A stretch of 64,000 bases of DNA from contig CM022673.1 of assembly GCA_012295275.1 (NCBI GenBank), forward strand, positions 14,198,001 to 14,262,000, read 5' to 3'. Source of the stretch: Chrysomallon squamiferum (Eukaryota; Animalia; Mollusca). Below, in pieces: positions 29,401 through 37,900 of this stretch (its first letter is position 1; each line of letters begins with the position of its first letter). The position numbers were made by a program, and so were the translations under genes. Under the pieces are notes generated by a model. It saw nothing but the letters and a program-made list of their open reading frames with translations. It was not told the origin of the DNA and ran no database searches.

Positions 29401-32277
29401 ATATTAAAATAACTAGAAATAACATATAACCCCTATTATAAAATATTAAAATATAGATGTAACCAGTAACCCCTATTATAAAACATTAAAATAACTAGAA
29501 GTAACCAGTAATATTATAAAATATTAAAATAACCAGTAATATTATAAAACATCAAAATAATAAGAAGTATCAATCATTAATTGTTGTATTAAAATTATTA
29601 ATAATATGAAATTAGGCTAAGATGAATAAAACTGCAGTCAAGTGGTAAATTAATTTAAAACAAAAAAAATACAAATAAAGATTAAATATTTAAAACATGT
29701 GAACAAGGATACTCTTAAGTAAAATTAGGATACACTAACAAAAACAAGGAAAAAAACTAAAGCAATACACTAACTAAAAGGAGGATACACTAAAACTATG
29801 ACGTGCTAATTAAAACAAAGATGTTGTGAGAGAATCAGGAGTGCAGTGACATCAACTATTATTTCAGTATCGATCGTCAATAGTCATCATTTTCTCCAAC
29901 AGCATCATTTTTATTACAGTAAAAACAACATTAACAAACATTTGACATTGCCAACACACAACACATAAAATTTCCAATGTAATTATAAAATACATCACTA
30001 TGAACACTAAGTAATGAAAACACATTAATAAAGTTATACAAAACTTGTAAGATCAACAAAATGACTCATGACACTAAAACATACCATGATATACTATTTA
30101 AACAGATATGCTGTAACTACAAACTTGATCTAGGATATACACTAATAATAAACATCAACTAGGATACTCTCAATAATGCATCTACAAGGATTCACTCTAA
30201 ATTATATCAACATGGATCCAAACTAAAACTGATCAACAAGAATATACACTGAAAGATATCAACAAAGATAATGACAAATTACATCAACAAGGATACACTT
30301 TAAAATACATCCAACAAAGGATATTCTGTAAAATACATCATACAGGACATTCTCTAAATTCCATGAACAAGGACTGTCTAAAATACATCACTCTGGATAC
30401 TCTAAAACATAACAACAATATTTACTATTTTTAAACTCATTTTGGAATGTGTATTTCAAATTTGTATTTCCGATGCTGAAAGATATCTAAAAACTAATAA
30501 TTTGCACTCAAACAAAAATGAAATCATGCAATGCCAAGGACAAAGAATATTTTTAAAAAAATATGAAAAGTTTATTGTCTTGCTAATGAAAATTGGTGGG
30601 AAGAGGGCAAATGATAAGTAAAACTTACTTTGAGGAAAGTGAATGCTGCCCACTTTAACTCCTCCTGAGAGTCTGTTGAGTCAACCAAACCCATGAAACA
30701 GGCTCTGAAAACTTCCTGATACAACTGAGGCCAAGACAATTTCTGAAAAAAAAAAAAATAATAATTTATTTTATTTTCCTTTGTGTTATTATTCATTCAT
30801 TTCAAGGCATAATATAAATGCAGCCACAAAAATTATTTTTGTCATATCTGTATGTAACATAAATATTATTTATTTTCATATAAATAAGCCAATCAAAGTA
30901 GAATTTGGGATAACAGAAAAAAAAAATTAATTGATGTAATGTGACAAAAATCAAATAAAATGAATATGAAAAAAACTTCCACCCATGTTAACTTGATTAC
31001 TATCAAGTACACACTGTGACTCTCAAAAGAAACCTATGTAATCAAGTAGTGACTAACATGATAAAGTACAATCACATAACAGCAATGTCAACATAATAGT
31101 TATGATGTACACAGCATTATGTTGAAGTAAAAATAATGTTTACCAAGTAAATACAGTGACATTCAATTTAACACCATATTTATTAAGCCAATTCCACAAC
31201 TGTCATCTAAGCAACTATTTATCAAGTAATTCTCATGATAGTAAAGTTAAGAAGGTAAGAGTGATTAAGTTAACATGATGAAAGTCAAGTTAACACAAAT
31301 TAACTGTTTACCAGCAGTCTGGTGACAACCAATACTTGATCTACAAATGGCTGCAGCTCATTGGTTGGATTCAAAACAACTTCAAGAGCAACAAGTCCAT
31401 TAATTGTGGGACAGATTGGAAGATGAGGAACTTGAAGAATGGGTGTGGTTGGAAGCTGAGATTCCTGTAATCTGCGTAAATAAAAACAAAAAATATTTTC
31501 TTTCTCTATATAATCTGACAAAGGAAACTAAGAGGTTTCAAAATAAGCACAATATTTTAATTATTATTATTTTTTATTCATTTATTTATTTTTATCATTA
31601 TTTATTTTAAATGCTGCAAATGATCAAGAAGTGACAGCAATCATAAATAAAAACATAAGATATTTGTCTGTTTTATTCTATGTCAGTTTAATAAATAAGG
31701 GAAGTATAAAAAAAAAAAAAATAAATAAAAAGCATAAAGACTTACTGAGTAAGACTGTTGAGTGTCAGTGACACTTTCTCTCGTACTGAGGCAGGCATGG
31801 CAGTCTGTGGCAGCTGACTCAGTGTTCCCCGAACATTCAACTCTGTCTGCTCAAACTCTCTATAAACATCTAAAACAACAATAATAAAAAAAATTAAATT
31901 AAAATAAAGCTTCAACATTGTTTTAATATTATTATTATCAAACAGAACTGCTGTTGAGGTATGTGCTATAGCTCCAGGATAGAGAAATAATCTGAAAAAC
32001 AATCCATCTTATATTGTGCGCTATCCTTTCTATGAAAATATGAATTATAGGAGCATTGTAACAAGACTGACAAGTATTGATATATTAAGCTATAAAAAAA
32101 TGCATCTTTTTTAAAACAATATATTATAAATTATAAATTTGTGATATAAAAATTAGCTTTCTAGTTGTTATCAACTAAACTTTATACTAGATTAAAGATC
32201 AAAAAAAATAAAATAAAATAATAATAATAATATTTACATCTATAATAGAGATAGAGATATACACTATCAATATTTAA

Positions 32278-32311
<34 letters not shown>

Positions 32312-33996
32312 ATATAAAATAAAGAATGACTACCATATTCTACGTACCATACTGAGAATATACAGTATATATTTTTCTGTTATTATTTAAATTTATTTTT
32401 GTGGAAAACTTATTTCATACAAACTGACCAACAACATCAGCCTGAGAAATCTGCAGCAAGGAACACACTGTTGACTGTTGCAACGTTTTTGACACAGCGG
32501 TGCTGCTGTTCTCAATAATTGCGAGGATTTCCTGACTGTGTTTGCCTTCGTGTACTTTCTGTAGACAGCGCAGCGTTGTCAATAGGAACCAGTGCAGAAG
32601 TAAAAGCAGAGATTTGCCAAGCTGAAGAGCACTGTCAGTGCTGTATGTAAAACTGAAAACAATAATTACACTGTTTATACAGTTAATCATTTTTTTTTTT
32701 TTTTTTTCAGCTGTAAAACCAATACAAAAGGATTTTCAAGATAACAACACATAAATGTTAATAAAACTTCTCACAGAATGAATCTGTAAAACAAATACTC
32801 AGTAAATCAGAATAAGTTTTAATCTTCAATTTTTCCTGTGATATAAATATGTATTTTACTACTGGCTGAAGTAATGATGAAAAAATTTAGGCATGTTCCA
32901 TTTATTCAGAATTGTCCTTCTTTATCTTTTTTTCTGCCTTATTTACTCACTAATTAAATAATTAAATAAGAAATTTCTTACCTCATTTTTGTAGCAAACA
33001 CTTCAGCAAGTTCAATAAGAGCCAGGACACAGTATGGCCGAGTGAGTTGATCAAACTTTGCAATGTGCTTAAACACAGAGCTGTAGGGAATAACCTGAAA
33101 TTTAAAATATTATTACTAACACAGAGATTTAGGGAATATCCTGGATTTTAAAATATTGTTACAATACATCTCAAATATTACTGCTATCTTAAACAAAAGA
33201 AACACATTCTTAAGAGTATTATTAACAGTCACTAGCATGTATTTATCATGTTATAAAAATTTGGTCATTCTGTGATCACCATAAAAAGAAAAGTCACCTG
33301 AGAGAGAACTGCATGTTTTAAGTAAGATAAAACCAGTGTGTTTGGGCTGCTTCCTACCAACGCCTGCTGCAGTAAAATGTCTGAAAGATAAAACATGTGT
33401 TTGAAAGTTTAACAGAAATATGTTGTAATGTTTATTAGTTCAGTAATGAAATACCTTTTACATGTAATCACAAAAGTTAAATAAAATAAAATAAAATAAT
33501 TATTTAAAAAAAATATATATTACAGTATTAATGTAATTAATGTCACTTTTATGTTATTTCCAGTTCAAAGTGCTGTTTTCGGTTTATTTTATTTATCTGA
33601 TTGATAGAGGGTTCTTGTTTTTCAGCAAGATATTTATGTGACAAAGCTGAAGTTCATGAATTTAAAAATTATTTATATAAATTTCAATGCAGTCAATAAA
33701 TATAAAATTTTATTCCATGTTTTGAGAATTAATAAATGGGAATATTACACTGGGTTGAGGTTTTCTGGATAATTTTTCCATTTTTTTTTTTTTTTTTTTT
33801 TTTTAAATATTTTTAACAAATATTTACCTGACAAATCACATGCCTCCCCAGTGTGTCCTGCTATGATCTGTTTGAGATGGACACCCCACTTCACCTCTGA
33901 CCACCTCTCTCTCCATGCCCTCATCAAAGTCAGTTTGACCTGGTTTGTCAAACTACTCACTTCCTTATGATTGCTCTCCATACCTTCAACTTTCAT
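20868..33996 (-). CDS. MED24: Mediator of RNA polymerase II transcription subunit 24, 22 coding exons (gene span)
   Basis: N-term LMRAWRERWSEVKWG / LLQQALVGSSPNTLVLSYLKHA, central ELKWAAFTFLK and AQLFDVTFLMLCHI, C-term ILQFMP...DLTTLSGRNIAAKA all match the MED24/TRAP100 family; phases consistent except one 1-nt discrepancy (see findings). Confidence 0.94.
21283..21428 (-). CDS. MED24: MED24 exon
   Basis: MNLFNLMNAIVHHSSLTPRTGFVVSFVEEAVKCGMQYARHILQFMPHDM. Confidence 0.92.
21690..21764 (-). CDS. MED24: MED24 exon
   Basis: EDIAVKEDGETSPILDTKEPVNKAL. Confidence 0.85.
21926..22012 (-). CDS. MED24: MED24 exon (frame ambiguity)
   Basis: tctcag|EQDESELRPAKIR...|gtaagt; 87 nt, one base short of the phase needed by the next exon's first AG. 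Confidence 0.75.
22458..22510 (-). CDS. MED24: MED24 exon
   Basis: EPFVRRGRKRSRKEVELE (basic NLS-like). Confidence 0.85.
22866..23100 (-). CDS. MED24: MED24 exon
   Basis: QMLQTNTNESLCQALSLVFAMFHMDLEHLTQALLL...LTNPRGYTLAKLCVMCI...HK. Confidence 0.92.
23095..23390. repeat. ~26-bp degenerate tandem array at a MED24 acceptor
   Basis: taaacactggatttgttacaga-like units starting at the 23100/23101 junction. Confidence 0.75.
23596..23836 (-). CDS. MED24: MED24 exon
   Basis: RTHLMNIVIERIINDILP...IFDKGWIDLHSLHTVEQLLSLCGSDWFCERVVV. Confidence 0.92.
24321..24490 (-). CDS. MED24: MED24 exon
   Basis: LFLDNVKNRMCCLSVVVCVWLCSYMNTVVEEAREKPLAMLEHLATKFKPDTTTQPD. Confidence 0.92.
24830..24929 (-). CDS. MED24: MED24 exon
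   Basis: LTRWHDVCLNTPFAIQEVLFAWEHEAITFDSVR. Confidence 0.92.
25320..25489 (-). CDS. MED24: MED24 exon
   Basis: IVSSLKETSDSFIVQWAHRWLPEDGKYKNIENCLPNDPAKVDSLLNQFSSGGDLRT. Confidence 0.92.
26020..26140 (-). CDS. MED24: MED24 exon
   Basis: INEFARQACGEGVKAAQIRAQLFDVTFLMLCHIIQLYGIE. Confidence 0.93.
26223..26309. mobile_element. 87-bp mini-MITE-like element, copy 1
   Basis: Termini gatgttgtgagagaa...ttctctgacaacatc are imperfect inverted repeats; second copy at 29820. Confidence 0.65.
26583..26725 (-). CDS. MED24: MED24 exon
   Basis: TLDADYQKNQDPLVGILNHMLSGRSFEIILAAGASMGELQNFALKLIK. Confidence 0.92.
28193..28295 (-). CDS. MED24: MED24 exon
   Basis: NAEKEKLRLPETTAGSSTTSLIMRAEMTVISILK. Confidence 0.88.
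28370..28675. repeat. ~80-90-bp tandem array ending in a MED24 donor/exon end
   Basis: agacttataacaaagtgtaattatcaattcagctgtaatcatgttctttttg x3, then the exon-overlapping agtgtagttaccgtctctgaagtaaatgttctttttg. Confidence 0.8.
28649..28735 (-). CDS. MED24: MED24 exon
   Basis: YDCVGELLKQCVRFELLSEMQKEHLLQRR. Confidence 0.88.
29187..29314 (-). CDS. MED24: MED24 exon
   Basis: MPHILTKMQQQTIGVDFRVELEQGFELFLNYIHLLDLTDIKQK. Confidence 0.9.
29310..29575. repeat. ~40-bp tandem array at a MED24 acceptor
   Basis: ctagaaataaccagtaatattataaaatattaaaata units. Confidence 0.8.
29820..29906. mobile_element. 87-bp mini-MITE-like element, copy 2
   Basis: Same length and core (caactattatttcagtatcgatcgtca) as 26223..26309. 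Confidence 0.65.
30120..30410. repeat. Degenerate ~26-bp tandem repeat
   Basis: catcaacaaggatacactctaaaata-like units. Confidence 0.6.
30629..30742 (-). CDS. MED24: MED24 exon
   Basis: KLSWPQLYQEVFRACFMGLVDSTDSQEELKWAAFTFLK. Confidence 0.93.
31312..31471 (-). CDS. MED24: MED24 exon
   Basis: LQESQLPTTPILQVPHLPICPTINGLVALEVVLNPTNELQPFVDQVLVVTRLL. Confidence 0.9.
31746..31869 (-). CDS. MED24: MED24 exon
   Basis: DVYREFEQTELNVRGTLSQLPQTAMPASVREKVSLTLNSLTQ. Confidence 0.88.
32429..32652 (-). CDS. MED24: MED24 exon
   Basis: FTYSTDSALQLGKSLLLLLHWFL...SLLQISQADVV|gtcagt. Confidence 0.88.
32982..33094 (-). CDS. MED24: MED24 exon
   Basis: VIPYSSVFKHIAKFDQLTRPYCVLALIELAEVFATKMS. Confidence 0.92.
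33298..33380 (-). CDS. MED24: MED24 exon
   Basis: DILLQQALVGSSPNTLVLSYLKHAVLSQ. Confidence 0.92.
33828..33996 (-). CDS. MED24: MED24 first coding exon (exon extends to 34010)
   Basis: MKVEGMESNHKEVSSLTNQVKLTLMRAWRERWSEVKWGVHLKQIIAGHTGEACDLS|gtaaat. Confidence 0.9.
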
Positions 33997-34716
33997 TCCA
34001 AAGCCTCAAACTGAATAACACAAGTTTATCCAACTTACTTAGTATTTTGATTATGTTTATGTAATAATTGATATATATATATATATATTTATGTTATATG
34101 AATGATACTTTCTTTATTGATAGATGGGTACATCTTTTGTTAGCCACAGTCAGATGTATATTTAGAAATAATAATTTTATTAATTTACCCTGTTACATAA
34201 TTACCAAAAGTTATTTCAATAATTTGATGTGAAACAGTACATGATATTACATAAAAATATTTTACTTCTAAATTAAAATCAGGCCACATGTTTTACCAAA
34301 CTGCTTTACAATGTTAATATTGATATAGTGCATGGCAGCTTTCTCTTTTTCAATGAAATAATTATATCAATATATGTGAACTATAAAGATAAAATACATT
34401 AAATAAATTTGTGATGCTAGGAAAGGGATGCTCGGATATCCGATCAAACGCTTGTAATTGTATTAGATATAAAATAATGTTACTGAGAATGTTCCTATTT
34501 GATTAATTTATGTTGCAATGGATTTTGAAGCTAACTTGCTAAGGGTTCGTGTTTAAATCGCTCAAATATCAATTAAGACCGTCTACCACTCTACAGTCGA
34601 GTTATAATACAAAATAATTTGCATTATATACATTAAGTTGATTAACTACAAATGCAATCCTTCAAACAGAAATCATGCTAACATGTTACATAACAATACT
34701 GTAAATACAGACTTAC

Positions 34717-34760
34717 AAAGCGGCAAATTAGAGGCGGCCATTTTGCAGGCTCGCACAAAA
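34717..34760 (-). other. MED24: MED24 probable first exon (5' end approximate)
   Basis: CpG-containing aaaATGGCCGCC...CTTT followed by a perfect GTAAGT donor (acttac at 34711-34716 on +). Confidence 0.6.
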
Positions 34761-34935
34761 ATATTTTAAAGACTCTTCTGTACTATTTTCGTAAAATAAA
34801 TAATTTTGTAATATGTACAGTTATAGAAAACAAAAGTCAATATTTTTGCAAAGTAGGTCAATCACAGATATACATGAACATTTGACAAAGATTAGGCGCA
34901 TGCGCATTCGGTCATGCAGTTAATAAAATGGCGAC
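34730..34935. promoter_or_regulatory. Bidirectional promoter between MED24 and the zinc-finger gene
   Basis: Divergent AAAATGGC (YY1-like) motifs at ~34737-34744 (-) and 34925-34932 (+); NRF1-type GCGCATGCGCA at 34896-34906; local CpG retention in a CpG-poor background. Confidence 0.7.
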
Positions 34936-34947
34936 CGACGGGGGGAT
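34928..34947 (+). CDS. ZF first coding exon (option A)
   Basis: aaaATG GCG ACC GAC GGG GGG AT|gtaatg, phase 2, fits the exon at 35619. Confidence 0.55.
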
Positions 34948-37900
34948 GTAATGTTTTCGTATTGTTATGCCAAATCTTACTAATTGTTTTGGAAATTTTA
35001 CTATTTATATTGACTTCATTTCCCGTTGTATTTTAATGAGAATATGAATGGACAAAATAGCCATGAAATTGACATGTAAGTTATACTTTTTATTATAAGT
35101 CCAGTTTTACTCATTTTCTAAAAACACCTTAAAACTTGAGACTATTAAGTAAAAAGTTTTGTGAGCGGTTTCTTCTTAATTCAAAGTGAATATGTACCGC
35201 TAAGTAGAATATTTTTGGAGACTTTCATTAGAGCTGTCAATTTAAGCTTGACACGTAAATATTTATTCTTCTTGATATAAATATACCCGCTGACATATAG
35301 AACGTAATTTTATCGACTGTTGTCAGTTTATAACTCATAAAACTACATATATTAAATTCATACACTGATACAGCGCAAAATTATTCTAGAATATTAAATG
35401 ATATATCATCTGCAGTTCGTGTATTCATAGTTTCTCCTCATTGATTAAATGTAAATAGCACAGCCTATTGTAAATTATGTTGCACTGGCTGGAATAAAAC
35501 AGGAAATGGACTAATAAAAAATTATACTGATTATTTTAATATGATCATGTAAATGAAGAAAAATATTAACAGAAAAATTAATATAATAATAATAATTTTG
35601 ATTGGTTTTATTTGGCAGAGTTACTGAGGACAGTGAGGATGTACAGAACACTGTTAGTGCTAGCTGTACAGCTCCTGTTTCACTGTCTGCTGATTTTAAC
35701 CCAAACCAAGTTCAATGGGCAACCCTTGGTCCACAGAACACATACATAACCTTCCACACACTCCCTTTCAACCTAGACCAGTTGAGAGATGCCTCAGATC
35801 TCACAGCAGGTGCAGGAGGAGAGTTGTCAATTATAGCAGGAGAGAGACCGGGTGGGGGACAAGACCAGTTTGTTCTCACTGACCAACCAAACAGCAAACA
35901 TGATGTGGCCATTTCTAGACCATCTCAGTTCATTGTGCAGCCAGCAGCAAACAAACAGTTTTCTTCTCAGACACGGTTCATACTGCAGTCTGGTGCTGGA
36001 AATAAAGAAACAGTGTATTCTGATCCAGCTCCTGGACCTGGTCAGTCGCAGATCATCTTACAGTCCAGTGGTCAGACAGGACATAGTACATCGTACAGAG
36101 CCAGGGATCAGACTGAGTTTATTATGTCTAATGAGACTCAGGATGAAGGAGATTCGACCTACACAGAGACAGATTTGTCTCAGTTCATCATGCCTAACAC
36201 AGCACAGAGTGGTGATGCATCATACCAGTCACAGTTCATGATACAGAGCAGTACCCAGAGTGACCATGATACATACACTGACAACACTGACTTCATCATA
36301 CCAAACACTGCCGAGGATAAAAGTGAGGCACCGTATGCGGAAACGTTACACTCGGATCTCACATCCCAGTTTGACGTGGAGACGAGTGCAGTGAATAAAA
36401 CTGATAACGTTTTATCAGGAGGAAGCGAGGCTCAGAAATCTTCAGGAAACAAATCTGAAACTGTTAATCTGTCTCAGGATGCTACTGCTGATCTCAACAA
36501 ACTCTCAGTAAGTTAGAATTAACTCTGCATAATTATGTGCAGTATTGATATACATGATTACTGTGTAATTAAAAATATGTTATTATATTTTCTTTTGAAA
36601 TCCTATGTTACATTCCCTTTTGTAATCCTATGAGTGTTTCATTTAAACATTTTCATTACAGTTCTTGTGTAATGTGTTCAGTTGATTTTCTAAATAATTG
36701 ATTGTAAGACTTTCAACACAGGAAAGAATATTTTTAAAAAACATCTCTTGAAAACCAAAAACAACCCCCCCCAAAACCCAGACTAACAACAAAATGCAGT
36801 TGAGAAAATCTTGTTGACCTTTTTCTTAAGTTAATAAATGTACATATGTTTATTTATTTATTTATTTATCTATCTATCTATTTTTCAGATATTCTCTAAC
36901 ATTACTGTGACACTGTCATCCACTCTGCTGGACGTGATTCCTGATTCTCACTCACTGCTCATGGAAGAAATCAACTCAGAGTCTGACTCACAGTTACAGG
37001 AGACTGAGCATGGTTACACGGTTACAGGAAGTTTAGAGTTGATTGTTCACCTCTACAACCGATTACAGGAAACACTCAACATACCTGGCAGTTCCAGGTA
37101 ACTCTCCTTAGCTCATCTTACTTCAGCATCTGTCTTTGTAAAATGTATATATAAATTATCTGCAAGAAAAGAAGAAATATTTTGTTTGATGATGTACTGA
37201 ACACATTTTTCTTATGCAGTCATATATAAGGTTAAGATTAGAAAGGAAAATGATTATGAGTATTTCTGACTAGTTCATTAGGGTTATCTTCCTTTAATAA
37301 AAAAAAAAAATGTCTATCAGTGTATGTTCCAGGTGACACAAATTAATTGATTTCAGTGGAGAATTATTTTATAATAAAATAAAATAAATAAAATAATCTT
37401 GGAAATTTAGTGGAGTTTAGTTATGATCAACTTAATAATTAATTTTCTTTTTTTCTTTGAATTAGTTACACATCCTTGTGTATCAATATCAGTACTGCTA
37501 TTACTTAAATTGTATTTTTGAAATTGCAAAAATTGATTTCTTTCTTTAATAGCTTTATGGAGTAATTGCTGCAAATGTGCACAAGGCAGTTTGTTAAAAC
37601 AGAATAGTTTGTAACTGTGATATTATTTGAAATGAATTATAAATCTCTTTATAAATTTTGAAAAAGGTTAAAAAAACACTGTAAATGTTTATTTTATTGA
37701 ATATGATATACTGTAAATATTTAACAGGTTGAAATTTGTAGGAGATGAGAAAACAAAGACAGAATCACATCACAAAGGTACAAACTGTAACATCTTAGTT
37801 CCGTTTGTGTCATCAAGAGGCAGAGAAATACACCAGCCTGCTAGATACAGTGGCTGTCTTCAGCTGCAGGAACTTGACAATGATGTTGATGAGGATGACA

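Noticed and set aside
34006-34008. In-frame TGA in the MED24 leader as selenocysteine or readthrough codon
   Set aside because: No SECIS-like structure recognised, MED24 is not a known selenoprotein, and family homology starts after the downstream ATG
35602-35618. ORF-track start of the 304-aa ORF
   Set aside because: Non-ATG start inside the intron; the real exon begins at the acceptor at 35618/35619
37160-37250. Possible SINE tail remnants (also ~22285-22325 and ~59035-59110)
   Set aside because: Only a vague resemblance from memory to gastropod SINE tails; too degenerate to call without a repeat-library search
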